The notes: generated by a model not told the origin, from the letters alone. A stretch of 64,000 nt of DNA from Eledone cirrhosa (GCA_964016885.1 OZ024740.1:334428001-334492000); one strand, 5' to 3'; shown: positions 1 to 13,000, numbered from the stretch's first letter. Program-made: numbers and translations.

Positions 1-2181
1 CCATATGAAAATGAAGCTAATCAGCCCATGTGCATAGGCGTAAAACTATATATTTTCGCTTGTAGAAAATTCCAGCAGAGAGTAGGGCAAGGGAAACTCC
101 ATCTATACAACGGTCACTCGGCAGAAACGATTGTCGTTAATTATACTCTACATCCTCTGCTGGAATCCACTAGATGGTGTTAGCTGTCAGCTTCGAAATT
201 AATAGCAAAAATGTTTTCAAATGTTTATTTATAAACTTACCGTTTATCGTTAGATATACATATATGTACACAGTTATGTCGGGATAAACTTTAATATTAT
301 TATTATTATTTTTTTAATTTTAACGTAATATTATATCACACTCAAGAAATCTGCATTTCCACTCAGAATCATTTATTAAATGACGCAATGGACTTATTTT
401 GTTTCATTTATGTTTCCATTACAAGAAACATCCTATCGAGAAAGAGATATTACTAATGAGATGTTCTGCTGGATATCAACATTTTCCTAAAATTGCATAA
501 TGGGTTTGTAGATTCACAAATAAATCGCAGAAATTGAAAGATAATCAGTACAGATCAGATGCGCAGTTTAGAGATGAATAAAGATACTAAAAGTATTCTC
601 CGACTGGAGAGACACAAATAGTATGGGACAGAGCAACTTTTATTACAATGTAGATTTTTACAATTATACAATTCAATTACTTAACTTGATGCGCATTTTC
701 TAATCAAATGTGTACTTTGTTAATTAGAAAGGCATAAATGCAATATCTAATAGTCCCAATATATTTACAAATGCTTGTAAAATCAGTAGTGTCGTATGGT
801 AATTAGTCGTATTACAAACATACATTTGTTGATAATTATTGTTAGGTGTAAAGAAAGCGATGCCATAATACTGCATATACAGTAAGATTCATAATGATAT
901 ATTGTGGAAAGGAATTATACTTAATTGAAATCCTAATCTTATACTACAATATAAACTGAGTAAGAGATATTGTAGTGACAATTTGGACATGTTTCAGTTG
1001 CATTAGACCGCCTTAATTAAGCATTCTTTGACCAATAATTGACAGTTGTAAAATGACAGACAGATATAATTATTTGTAAATGAGTAAATACTGATTCACC
1101 TGTAAAATTAAATAATGCTCGGGTTCAATTACACAAGGACGGATCTGCCAAATATCAATTTCAATGTTAATGCATGCTGATTATTGAATGTTTTAAAATT
1201 AATTCAGGAAACAGATTTGCCACCTCCGGTCTTTATTGACCGTAACAGACCAGCAGGTATATGTTAAATCAATAAATATCTATATATCTATATATATAAC
1301 GTTGTAGTTCCTATCTGTTTGTTTGTTTGTTTGTTCACAAACTCCTCCTATGGTTTTGGAGATAGACCCCCATAACCATATATATTCTGAAACTACATTG
1401 TCCAGGGTACTTGGATAAGTATATTTCATTTTAATGAAAGTGATCCGCAGAACCACAAACACCGGCTGAAAATGTTTCCCTTCGATTTATATAAAATTTA
1501 AACCATAGGTAAATGACAATATATGATGCCTATTCACAATAGTTTTGAATTGATATTTAAAAAAAATTATTTGCAAGAAACAAAATAAGAATAAAATTTA
1601 ATAATGTCATTTTGATTTGATATATTACAAAAAAATAATGTTTTCTAATTTTTCATCCCTACGTTTTACATTGAGTAATATTGAAATACAGAGTTTTTCT
1701 CCATAAATTATATCACTGATTTAAAATCAATCTCATTTGCTTACAAAAAGAAAATGTGTGAAACGCAGAAAGGCGCGGGTAATTTGGCTAGTATATATAT
1801 ATATACCGATTGTGTTGTTATTTTTGTTTACTTTTAACATTCATATATATATATATATCAACGCTTACGTGGACCTCTCAAATTTGTTGGATTTTCACTC
1901 TGAAACTAGATATACACCCGGAGATTACCTGAACTTCCACCAGAAATTTTCTTTGCTGATATTTTCTTTGCTTCTTGAATTATTTCAATATAACACGATT
2001 TCTATCAGTTTTCTTCTACTATCGTCTTACTTATACATTCTTCTCGTCCGTCTATTTTTCTCTCCCACCCTAGTACCTTCTGTAAAAAGATTTTTAAGAC
2101 CGTCTTCCTGCTATTTCACACGTTAACGTAATATATTCCTACCATATACTGTACCGAATGTGTTCTTTCTGTTTACCTTTT

Positions 2182-2263
<82 letters not shown>

Positions 2264-3284
2264 CAAAGAGAGTGTGGTAAGGAATCAGCTGAACCATAAA
2301 GCACCAGCGAACTCGATACTTAGCTGTCGAAACGGCCAGAGCTCAGCCGTCATGGTCCTGACTCTTTTGATATATACATATATATGTATATATGTGTGTG
2401 TGTGTGTGTGTGTGTCTGTGAGTGTGTGTGTGTGTGTGTCTTTAATCTTTGCTATATTCATTTAAGAACATAGGGCAGAATTAATCGTAGAAATTACAGG
2501 ATGTCTACAATTCAAACGTCAAAATTAGATGCTGCCAATGAAGGTTTAGGCGTGAAATTTGACTGCATTCATGTTCGTGCAGTACATGGAGAAATCGTTG
2601 ATTCTACGAAATCGCATGTTTTCTACCCTACTGGTTGGCATATCTTTATAAACCTACAGCTTTCTATATGGTAATACATTTAATTTAGTGTTAAAAATAA
2701 TGCCACATAATTAAATTGAAATATGTAATGCAGAGAAAAACTAATTGGGTTCAAATTACTGCGCGAGCAAGACAACTTAGGTGAGACAAATAACAAATTT
2801 CAATTATATTATATTCAAGATTAAAATAAGACCTGCAGTCGGACGGAGGTTCGTATGGTGAGAAATACGGAAAGGGTCCATGCATATTAATATGTTTATG
2901 TACCTGCCAGAACGCGAATCACTGGTAAGTATAAATACATTGTATTTCAAGTACGGGTAGAACTTTGATAATCTCACAAATAATTATAATAGTACGTTAA
3001 AAGGTATTTCAATATTAAGAGAACAAAGATACAACATAAAACTTCTGTTCCATAGTTTTCAATATATTCAAACAAGCCTTCCCAGTTGGAATCGTTTGAG
3101 TTTACTGGATTAAGATACATTTATAAGAATATACATTTAGAGAGTGAATTAGATGGCGGCGCCGTTTGCATTTGTTCTCTAATAAATGTCATTCAGTTAT
3201 ATATAGTTGTATAATTGAAATAAAACGGTGAAACCTGCTAATGTTTAAAGTTTATTCCGATTTGTTTAATCTCTTTCCATTTTA

Positions 3285-3779
3285 TGGCATTATTCAACGA
3301 ACGGTCATTGAATTACTTCTGAGAGGCTAAATTCTATGTCGCTAAGAATATTCTGGCAATGTTTCAAATTGCGAATAGTGCTTGATCTACTTTCAATATC
3401 ATGACGTATTTTGGCTGGCATTCAGAAACAATGAATATGTACCAGTAAAGCACAAAAAGATTGTAAAATGCTAACTAGATTAGAATATCAGTATTTCTCT
3501 GCAATGATATGGTCGGGCTATATAATGAAATTATATAACTCAATATATTCAATATAATATTTTTTTATAGTTTACCTAGTTTATGATCACATACATATAA
3601 CGACTTGAAGGAATAATATATCAGTCCATTCGTAAATATATTATCTTCTTTTGTTTAACTAAGCTAGTAGTGCAATACATAAAATAATACTATGTATAAC
3701 TACAAAGACAGAATGTTCTTAGCGACATAGAATTTAGCCTCTCAGAAGTAATTCAATGACCCTTCGTTGGATAATGCCA
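3285..3779. mobile_element. MITE-like non-autonomous DNA element with ~71-bp terminal inverted repeats and a possible TA target duplication
   Basis: 3285-3355 (tggcattattcaacgaacggtcattgaattacttctgagaggctaaattctatgtcgctaagaatattctg) is the near-exact reverse complement of 3709-3779. TA flanks both sides and the interior has no ORF. Confidence 0.65.
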
Positions 3780-4655
3780 TATAGATGATATAATGCCGTA
3801 TAGATTATACTTACAAGCAATCATACAGACTCACACAAACAAACATGCATACGTACATGGCTACCTACATACATACGTAATGCTTACATCATATATAAAT
3901 ACGTACATAAATTCATACATACGTGTACATATGAGTGTGTATTAGCGTGCATGTGTATCTGCGTGTTTGAATGTGTGTGAACCTCATTTGGATTTGATAA
4001 ACTTTGTTACTGTTCTTCTGTTAAAGATACATGTATGTTTATAAGTGGTTATGTAAAATACAAGCACAGGAATATTCCTAGTAACACAGCGTGTAACAAG
4101 GCACGTTCTTTTAATCAGAGATGCAGTAATACGACTGGCTTGCACATAGTTTCTTCCATTCTCTTATACTCTCATAAGACTATTGTAATATATACTTTGG
4201 GCCGAACTATATATGTGATTATAACTATATTTTTCACTATGACTGTCATAATATATATTTTTCTCATAATTTTCACTCGTGCAATTTCTCTTTTCATGTC
4301 TTGGCAATTGCCGATGTTTATATTCTTTCTTAGAAGTGTTGTTCCCATTCACATGTGTTATATTATTGCATAGTGTTTTACGCTTTTTTACGATAAAAAT
4401 GTTCGGTTTCTAGTTTCATTCGTTCTGAAATATTGCATGTTGAAATTCCATAAGCTTTATATTTCTCTATTTTCTTCCGTGGCTTTAGGTTGCTGCTTGT
4501 ACAACCTATCAGCTCTCTCTGAATTATAGTTTTCCACACAATTTCAATCAAACATTCATTCAATATACCTCATTATATATTCCCTTTGTGAAAGTGTGCT
4601 GTGTAAATCTCGTTCATACCTTCGCATTCTATAAATTATTATTATTATTATTGTT

Positions 4656-7600
4656 CTTTGAGTCTCAGTCATTGATGTTATTTAACTGGAAAGTTTGTTG
4701 AAATTAATATCAACCCACTACATGCAGCCTCAGATATTCTGGACGTAAAGGCAAGCATGCCTTTTGAAGCGTTCAAAAAAGCGAGGCTGGAAGAATTTTC
4801 TCAAGTTCCAAATCCTTTTTTAACTCCCACTTTAAGTGCTGGTATCGGTTAATTTTCTCCCTCTCCTTCTCTTGCACTCTCGTGTCGAATGGGCAGGCCA
4901 CATCCACAATCAGGCACGATCTTTTTTCCTTGCCCAAAACTACCAGGTTAGGTCTATTGTGTTCCAGTTTCTTGTCCATCTGTATCCTAAAATCCCATAG
5001 CACATTCACCTGATCGTTTTCTATCACCGACTCTGGCTTATGCTCATACCACTTCTCAGAATGTGGTAAATTGTTTACTTTGCTTGGGTGCCAGTGGATC
5101 ACCCTGCCCATCACATCATGTCTCCAGCCTTTATAGTGAGTCTGGGCTAGGTATTTACACTCGGATACAATGTGAGCCAGAGTCTCCTATCTCCTTCCAC
5201 AGATCCTGCACAGTGAGCTAGCCTCCTCTTTGTAAATATGGTGTTTCAGCCACTTCGTTTTGAGGGCCTGCTCTTGTGCAGCCATTAGCATTCCTTCTGA
5301 AGCATTGTTAAGGTGTCCTCTTTTTAACCAGTTCTATGTCTGTGGATCTCTACATTCAGTTTTCTCAAATAAGGTACTATGAAGGGATTGTTCATGAAGG
5401 TTGTTCTTCCTCCTTGCTGTTTTTTCCTCCTTGGACCTCCCCTGGTCTATTGTCCTCTCCTTCAGTACAATTTTGAGCATTGGCTCCATACTGTCAGCCA
5501 CCTATTTGTGTAGGTTGTTTTTCTCCATCTGAACACACTCCTCTATGCTGATAAGATCTCTCCACCTTCATATCTCCTTAAGTAGAATCTATCGACATCA
5601 CTCCTCTTGTGGAACATGTTGTAGATAGTCAATAGCTTCCTAGTCTTCCTATCCATTTCTTTTTGTTCAGCAACATTCCATTTCAGAATTCCCGCACTGT
5701 ACCTAATAATAGACACAGCTTGGGAATTCACTGCACTTATGACATTCCTACTGTTCAGATGTGATTTTAATACGCTCCTTACTCTCCTAATGTACTCAGA
5801 TCTTATCAATTCCTTCATTTTTTTGTACTTGATATCATCTGCCTCCAGAACACCTAAATATTTTTATCCTTCTTCAGAGTCAATTTCCTTTATCATCTCA
5901 CCTGTTGGTACCTGTATTCCGTTGCTTCTTCTCAATTTACCCCCTCTTCATCACTAGGATTCTGAACTTAATGCCAAATTCCATACATATATCATTGCTG
6001 AAAATACGGACAGTGTCAACAAATACATCCAACTCCTTCTCACTCTTCCCAAAGAGTTTAAGATAGTCCAAGAAGAGGAGGTGATTGATGGTAATCTCTT
6101 CTTTTCCCAACTTCTATCCTGCTCTCACGTTTCGCAATATAACGTTCAGGGGTATCAGGGCAAGGACAAACAGCAAAGGGGACAAACTAACTCCCAGGAA
6201 GATACCTCTCTTGATCTTCACGCCTCGAAAGTATTCTCCACCCGATGTTAACTCTGTTTCCCAGGACTTCATACTTTTTCTGAACAACTGTCTGATGTTA
6301 TCTGCCACCTTGAAGATCTCTTTGCGTTTGGTTATCCAAGAATTAGGTACCATGTCGAATGCTTTTTGTAATCTATCCATCCCATGGCAAGATCAGTGTG
6401 TCTCCTCTTGCAATTCCTCATTACCATCTTATCAATAAGTAATTGTTATTTTGTACCACGGGACTTCTTTCGGCATCCTTTCTGTTCTTCCGGTAATAAG
6501 TTTTTTATGTGGAGGTGATGGTAGATTTCCTCAGACACAATGCTTGTTAACAGTTTCCACATTACGGACAGACATGTCATAGGCCTATAGTTGGTGACAT
6601 CATGACCCTTGATTCGGTCTTTTATTACTAGAACTGTGGCACCTTTTGTCAAGCACTCTGGTACCTCACCCAACATCAAGCAGTCATTGAACATGGTTGT
6701 CAGTTTCGGGTGGAGGGATGTTATATTTTTAATCAAATACCCCTGCACACCATCAAGGCCTGGTGATTTCCAGTTGGTTAGTTTTTTGGCCTGCCCTTTA
6801 AGAGTTTCAACTGTGATACTCAAATCAGTTTGTTGGTGTGCTTGTTCACTAACCTCCTTTTGTACTGTCTCAATCCACACTGCCTGACCATTATGTTCAA
6901 CATCCTGCTCCCATATTCCTCTCCAGAATGTCTTAGTCTGTTCCGCCTCAAGGATCAATTCGTTGCCTCTTTCTTTCCCTTCAAGCTGCCCAAACAACAT
7001 CTTCTGGTTGTTGTCAAACATGCGGTTCTGTCTATACTGACTGACTCTGCTCTCATACGCCTAATCTTTGCACTCTTTGCTACTATGCGTTGCTTCAGTT
7101 CCTCTATGATAATATTTAGCTTTTTCCTCCTAGATTTATACTTTATTTCCAGTCTATCTTTAGTTTCTATGTTTTGTAATGTACCATTCAGTAGAGACTC
7201 AAGCTTTCCAATGTCATTTCTCATTTCCTTGATTTGACCATTCAGCCGTTTCTTCCACCAAGGTTCTGATCTTTCTTGTTTGTTGTTTCATCTCGTTTTT
7301 ACGCCAAGTAATTTCCTCACCGTATTTGCTGTTGCTTTGAGGATATTTTTGCATCAGTGAAGGTTCCTCGCCTCAAGGTATGGGATGACTTTGTTTAACT
7401 TAGCTGTTGTTTCTTTTAACTTTTTCCTGTCTACAAATCTTAGGTTCATAGGTTTCCCACTATCATTGTTCATTTCATCTACCACTAAATTTAGGATATC
7501 AACCAAATCTTGTCCTAGCCCGTCAGCATTCATTTCATCGATGGGCGTATCTCTGTTCCAGATGTTATTTATTTCAGCATTCAGATCATTGTCTGCTTCG

Positions 7601-7910
7601 GATGCTTCCTCCGTTCTCTCAACCTCTTCACCTTCATTTCCCACTGGCTCGTTTGCCTGGCATACTCCACTCTCCATTTCTAACCTAATCCCTCTGCTCA
7701 GTTCCTCCAGTTCGAAACTCACTTATCCATCCATTAGTTCTTATTACCCGAGCCTGCCAGGCCACTTTTGTTCATCTAATTTAAATAGAGCCATCTCGTT
7801 CCAGATGTTATGCATTCGTTTCCTATAGCCTTTTCCCTTGAGGTTACTCTTCAGGTAACATTCCATGACAGTTCTATTTAATTATTTCGCCCAGTTGGTC
7901 CTTGTCCCTT

Positions 7911-7912
<2 letters not shown>
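4656..7912 (-). pseudogene. Decayed, 5'-truncated R4/Dong-like non-LTR retrotransposon, family A copy A1
   Basis: Fragmented ORFs (4773-5114, 5543-5818, 6114-6380, 6446-7021, 6955-7224, 7354-7722) are collinear with the 1130-aa ORF at 13075-16467. It has the same 3' UTR and abuts (ATT)n at 4635-4652. Confidence 0.93.
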
Positions 7913-8050
<138 letters not shown>

Positions 8051-8190
8051 TGCATTTATCTTGCTTTATGTTTATACGAGTTATCACCAAGTCACAACCA
8101 GTGACCTCAAGAGACAACAAGGTCCGCCATGTTCAAGAAAGAACACACATATTCACACATGCATCCTTAGTGTTTAGACTTGTGATGTAC

Positions 8191-11100
8191 TTATATTGAC
8201 AGGATCTTCCTTAGTATATGGGCAGTTCCCATTAGTACTATCTTTTGTATTTCTCCTATACGCGGGTTTCCTGGGATTTGCGATAAGTAGTCGTTAGACC
8301 CCTTAGGTATCATTCCCAGAGCGCCTACAACCACTGGTATTGTTTTAGTTCTCAATTTCCACATTTTTCCAATTTCTATCTCCAGGTCCTTATACTTGCT
8401 CAATTTTTCAAATGTTTTTATAGATACATTCTTGTCTATTGGAACAGACATATCAATTAGCAGGCATACCCTCCTTTGAAAGTCCTTCAACATTATATCA
8501 GGTCTATTTGCATCTATTTTTCGGTCTGTTTGGATGCTAAAGTTCCACAAGATTGAGATGTGATCTTTTTCAAGTATGGGAGGTGGTTGATGCTCCCACC
8601 AATTCTTTTGATGGGGCAGGTCAAAATGCTTGCACATTATCCAATGTATGTATTGTGCAGCTCTGTCATGCCTGTTTAGGTATTCGGTTGGAGCTATAGG
8701 ACTGCACATTGAAATTATATGGTCAATGGTCTCTGGTTGTTTTTTGCATACACGGCATAATGGGCTGCACCCATTTTTTATTATGTTGGCTTGGTAATTT
8801 TTTGTTGGCAGACACTGATCTTGTGCGGATATAATCAGTCCTTCAGTCTCCGATTTCAGTCCAGAGGATGCCAACCACTGATGGGTTAAAGTTTTGTCAA
8901 CATCAGGATTGTTAGCTCGCTCTGGGTATTTTCCATACAGAGGCTTTTCTTGCCATTTCTTAGCCAGTTTCTGTAGCAGTTCTTTCTTTGCAGTTACTTT
9001 TACCTGCTTTGCTTTTTCTGTGTTTTCCATTTCAGCAGTAAATGGGACTTCTGAAATTTGTAGTCCATTACTGTATCTTTGTGCATCTTTTGTAATGGAA
9101 TATGATCTTTTGGTGCTTTCGTGTTTCAAAACGAGTTTGATCATCCAATCATGTGATTCCCTTAGATATGTGGATAATCCAATTGTTGCAGTTTTCAACG
9201 CAATGTCTAACTGGATTAACCCACGTCCTCCTTCTTTCCTAGGGAGATATATTCTATCTATGTCTGCCTTAGGGTGATGCATTCTGTGCATGGTTAAGAA
9301 TTTTCGGATTTTTGTATCGAGCCTACGGATCTCTGTGCTTGACCAGTTGATGACATTGTAACTGTAGGTTACTACTGGTATGGCAAGCGTGTTTATGGCA
9401 TCGATCCTATTCCTTGCATTCAATTCCGTTCTTAAGATTGCTCTGACTCTGCGGTAACATTCCTTCCTTATCCTTTCCCTCATTGTCGAGTGCTTGATTC
9501 CGTCTCCTTCACAAACACCTAGATATTTGTAAGTTTGTTCTTGATCAAGCTCTCTTATCACGTTCCCCCGATCAAGATTAATGTCTGAACTCTTCAGCAG
9601 CTTTCCTCTGGTGAACGTTGCTTTGGCGCATTTATCCAGTCCAAACTCCATTTTAATGTCATCACTGAACTGCTTCACAGTGGATAATAGCCCTTGCAAT
9701 TGTTCATCATTTTTTGCAAATAGTTTCAGGTCATCCATGTAGAACAGGTGATTAATGGTTTTGTCATAGACTCTATATCCATGTTTTGTTTCATTGAGCA
9801 TTTTACTTAATGGTATAAGTGCGATGCAGAATAAAAGCGGTGATAAAGAGTCACCCTGAAAAATTCCACAATTAATGTTAACTTCTCCAGCTTCCAGTGA
9901 TTTTGTTTCACTATTCAAAAGGAGTGTCGTTCTCCATATCCTCATACTGAATGACAAAAACCTCCTGATAACGGGGGATATTTTGAAAATCTCTAAACAT
10001 TTTTCAATCCAACTGTGTGGCAAACTATCAAATGCTTTTTTATAATCTATCCAAGCAATCGATAGATTTTTGTGTCTATTATGACAATCTTCCAGTATCA
10101 TTTTGTTAACCAGAAGCTGATCCTTACAGCCATATGAGCCTCGTTTACACCCTTTCTGCTCAATGGGAAATAGGTCATTTGTTATCAGGTGGTCATATGT
10201 GTATTCAGTTAGGACTGATGTTAAAATTTTATACATTGTGGTCAAGCAGGTTATCGGTCTGTAATTTTTGGGATTGTTTGTCTCATCATTCTTCGGTAGC
10301 AGGAATGTAATGCCGTTAACTAGCCATGATGGTATCTTTTCTGGCTCCTTAACTATTTCATTGTAAAGTTGGGCTAACAGCTCATGAGACTCTGTGAAGG
10401 CATTTATCCAAAAGTTTTGTATTTTGTCTTTTCCTGGGGATTTCCATTTGCTGGTTTTTCTTAGAGCCAAGCGCAGCTGTTCAACTGTTATATTTTCCCA
10501 TGTTTGTTCTTCAAGGTGAGCTGTTTCTTTCATTTGTCTGTCTATCCATGGGGCATGTATGTTATGAACTTTTTCTTCGGCCCAGATCTTTTCCCAGAAT
10601 TCTTGCACTTCCTCCTTGGGTGGTATTGATTTAGCAGTTATTGTTGACTTACCAATTTTTCTGTAGAAGTTTCTTTGGTTGTTTTTGAACATATTATTGT
10701 CCTTATAGAATCTAGATCGTTTTTCAAAGCGCCTTATACGAGCAGCTTTGGCCGACACTTTTTGCTTGATTGTTTCTATCAGCATGTCTATGTCACATGT
10801 TGATCTTATACTGTACTTTTTTTTCAATTTTCTAAGTTTAGTTTGTTTAACATGTTCACCTACTTTATAGTTTGTTAAAATTTCTATGTCAGATCGGAGA
10901 AGGTTTATTTGGCGATTGATGTTATCTTGCCAAGTAGATTTCTTGTGGGAATTCCTTTGTTTTTTCATCTTCACTCCACATAAGTGAGTGGTGACTTTAG
11001 CCGATGCATAATAGAGATGATTTAAGTCAGTAATGCTTAGTTTGTTTGTGATGATAATGTTTTTGAGAATTATGTTTGTCTTGTGTATTATCTTTTGGTT

Positions 11101-11841
11101 CTGTTTGGAGTTCTGGATCTTAGGGAGGGTGTCTCGTTCCCCCATGTCAGATTCTTTCATTTTCATCCATTCGATCATAATTTCATCCTTCAAGTTGGCA
11201 AGTTCATTCTCATTCATTTCTTTATCATTTACGATCTCATTATTTTCATTTGGAGTTTCATCCTGAGCATGCACTCCCTCCACTTTTTCGCTCCTTTCTT
11301 TAATTTGTTCTGTTGCCAGTGATTCCGCCCCAACTCTGGGATTCGAAGTGTTACAGTTTACCTCGTTTTCACTGACACATGCTTCATTTTCCCTTCGCTG
11401 ACTTTGTGCTACTAGCTTGATCTGATCAATTTCTATATCAGTTAGTAACTTTTTTCTTACAATATTTCTTCGTATATTGGCTAGTTTGTTACTGTCAATA
11501 TAGCCTCTGTTTTCGGGATGTTTCTTTTTCCAGTTGATATATGTTTGCTCTGTATTCGATGTATTTGATGGGTAGTACATGGCAGTGTAGAAAGCCTCAA
11601 GGACTTCTTTATTATCTTCCCTTGACCATTTTTCTCTCTTTTTCTTTGGATTTCTTGGTGGTGAGCATGGAGGGCCAACAGTAGGAGTATTCCGGTTATG
11701 GGAGGTCTCCAGCTCCGAAGTGATGGGAAGGTTTGAAGCATTAGCTGATTTTTCGACCCCAGTCTGGTTCCTCTCTGAGGGACGCGGCCCTTTTTTACCC
11801 GGGTGACGGCCGATCCGGTATGAGATTTCATCATTAGACAT
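8191..11841 (-). CDS. Non-LTR retrotransposon protein (RT, CCHC zinc knuckle, restriction-like endonuclease), R4/Dong-like, 1216 aa
   Basis: RT motifs KSPGKDKI, NYRPITCL, WIDYKKAFDS, GIFQGDSLSPLLF and HLFYMDDLKLF; GGRGL thumb; CRVC...HIISMC knuckle; RHD, RPD..D and EKLSKY RLE motifs; PVVVGALG C-terminus. No APE domain. Confidence 0.96.
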   Translation of the reverse strand: MSNDEISYRIGRHPGKKGPRPSERNQTGVEKSANASNLPITSELETSHNRNTPTVGPPCSPPRNPKKKREKWSREDNKEVLEAFYTAMYYPSNTSNTEQTYINWKKKHPENRGYIDSNKLANIRRNIVRKKLLTDIEIDQIKLVAQSQRRENEACVSENEVNCNTSNPRVGAESLATEQIKERSEKVEGVHAQDETPNENNEIVNDKEMNENELANLKDEIMIEWMKMKESDMGERDTLPKIQNSKQNQKIIHKTNIILKNIIITNKLSITDLNHLYYASAKVTTHLCGVKMKKQRNSHKKSTWQDNINRQINLLRSDIEILTNYKVGEHVKQTKLRKLKKKYSIRSTCDIDMLIETIKQKVSAKAARIRRFEKRSRFYKDNNMFKNNQRNFYRKIGKSTITAKSIPPKEEVQEFWEKIWAEEKVHNIHAPWIDRQMKETAHLEEQTWENITVEQLRLALRKTSKWKSPGKDKIQNFWINAFTESHELLAQLYNEIVKEPEKIPSWLVNGITFLLPKNDETNNPKNYRPITCLTTMYKILTSVLTEYTYDHLITNDLFPIEQKGCKRGSYGCKDQLLVNKMILEDCHNRHKNLSIAWIDYKKAFDSLPHSWIEKCLEIFKISPVIRRFLSFSMRIWRTTLLLNSETKSLEAGEVNINCGIFQGDSLSPLLFCIALIPLSKMLNETKHGYRVYDKTINHLFYMDDLKLFAKNDEQLQGLLSTVKQFSDDIKMEFGLDKCAKATFTRGKLLKSSDINLDRGNVIRELDQEQTYKYLGVCEGDGIKHSTMRERIRKECYRRVRAILRTELNARNRIDAINTLAIPVVTYSYNVINWSSTEIRRLDTKIRKFLTMHRMHHPKADIDRIYLPRKEGGRGLIQLDIALKTATIGLSTYLRESHDWMIKLVLKHESTKRSYSITKDAQRYSNGLQISEVPFTAEMENTEKAKQVKVTAKKELLQKLAKKWQEKPLYGKYPERANNPDVDKTLTHQWLASSGLKSETEGLIISAQDQCLPTKNYQANIIKNGCSPLCRVCKKQPETIDHIISMCSPIAPTEYLNRHDRAAQYIHWIMCKHFDLPHQKNWWEHQPPPILEKDHISILWNFSIQTDRKIDANRPDIMLKDFQRRVCLLIDMSVPIDKNVSIKTFEKLSKYKDLEIEIGKMWKLRTKTIPVVVGALGMIPKGSNDYLSQIPGNPRIGEIQKIVLMGTAHILRKILSI

Positions 11842-11865
11842 CTACTTTATTTTGTCGCGTTTTAT

Positions 11866-11995
11866 CCTTATCCGCCAAGGGGTAATCTTTTCGTGTTACC
11901 ACTTCTAGAACGAGTGTCAACCAAGACTAGAGGGGTCGTTCTCCCCTAGAGACATGGCTATTCCCCGCCGGCCGCCATCCCGGTATTTCTTGGTC
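11866..11995 (-). ncRNA. Candidate structured leader RNA (pseudoknot with HDV-like topology) upstream of the family B ORF; second copy at 22196-22324
   Basis: Minus-strand pairings GACCAAGA/UCUUGGUU, AUGGC/GCCAU, AGAACGA/UCGUUCU (crossing), GGUAA/UUACC and CCUU/AAGG. The three B1/B2 differences lie in loops or create a U-G wobble. Confidence 0.45.
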
Positions 11996-12920
11996 ACGGG
12001 GTTTTCTTTTTGTTGTTTTTTTTAAATTGTTATTATCATGAGTGGTTCCTTAATGTGAGCATTGCGTGGCTTAAGAATGAAATTATTAATAATTGTCTCC
12101 ACTCCAGGCCAGCAATCACCCAGTGCATTACAATAATATAATATACTTTTTGTTGTAGTTGGCTGTTATTGCTGCTGGCTATGTCGGTGGTGGTGCCGGG
12201 GCTTTTTATATTGTTGGTGAGGAAGGGGTGAGCCAGCAGTCCCATAATTGTTGATGTAGACATTTGTCCGTGGCAAGGTTACCAAGTCAATCTATTTATA
12301 TCTTTTGCTAGCCTCTCTCTTGTCTAGTGCTACCACCACCTTCCCTTTTCTCTCTCAAGTTAACAGGGGAATAGTGTCAGTAGCATTGAATGAGTGGTGG
12401 CGGCGATGATGGATGTGGTGGTGTTGTGGTTACTGATATAGTATCTATGAGTTTGTGTTCGTATGTTTAATATATATTTTCATTATATTTTGTGTTGACA
12501 TATTCCCGTAAAATTTGAATTAAACATTTTTTTAAATTTGAGACAATAATAATAGTAATTATTATTATGATGCCGGTGAAGTTGCCGTTATATTTAGTGT
12601 GATGGGATAGGTAGTGTATCAAGTTTCTGGTGTTGGTGAAATTGAAATTGCCGCTGTTCTATATAGTGTAGACAGAGGGTGTTTTGTTCCATTTATAACC
12701 ATTTTCTTTTTTTTAATACAAAATATATAATACAAAATTGAATATTTGAGCGATACAACAATATAATATGGATCCGAAACTTTATGGGACCTCATTCGGT
12801 GCCTTTATGCAACATTTGTGCTAAGAATTGTTCTTTCACAATTGATTTAAATATGTTAAAAATCAAAAAACTTACGGGAGCAATTTCGTGACGTTCTACC
12901 ACCTCGTGCGTCTTCTTCCC

Positions 12921-12922
12921 TT

Positions 12923-13000
<78 letters not shown>
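12921..13000. repeat. Compound microsatellite (TTC)10(TTA)~16 between B1 and A2
   Basis: Seen directly in the sequence. Confidence 0.98.

Larger units (their letters stand above)
8051..12920 (-). mobile_element. Apparently full-length R4/Dong-like RLE non-LTR retrotransposon, family B copy B1
   Basis: Single long ORF, ~140-nt 3' UTR ending in (AAT)n and ~1.1-kb 5' UTR. Its 5' terminus matches that of copy B2 (ccac[ct/ca]cgtgcgtctt.ttccctt), and it is bounded by microsatellite on both sides. Confidence 0.92.

Noticed and set aside
70-166. 11-bp inverted repeat (ttccagcagag/ctctgctggaa) suggesting a SINE or LINE 5' remnant
   Set aside because: It is too short and too near the window edge, and no A/B boxes or second copy were found.
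4164-4563. Short minus-strand ORFs faintly resembling LTR-retrotransposon gag
   Set aside because: There is no zinc knuckle or other diagnostic motif, so it cannot be supported without a profile search.
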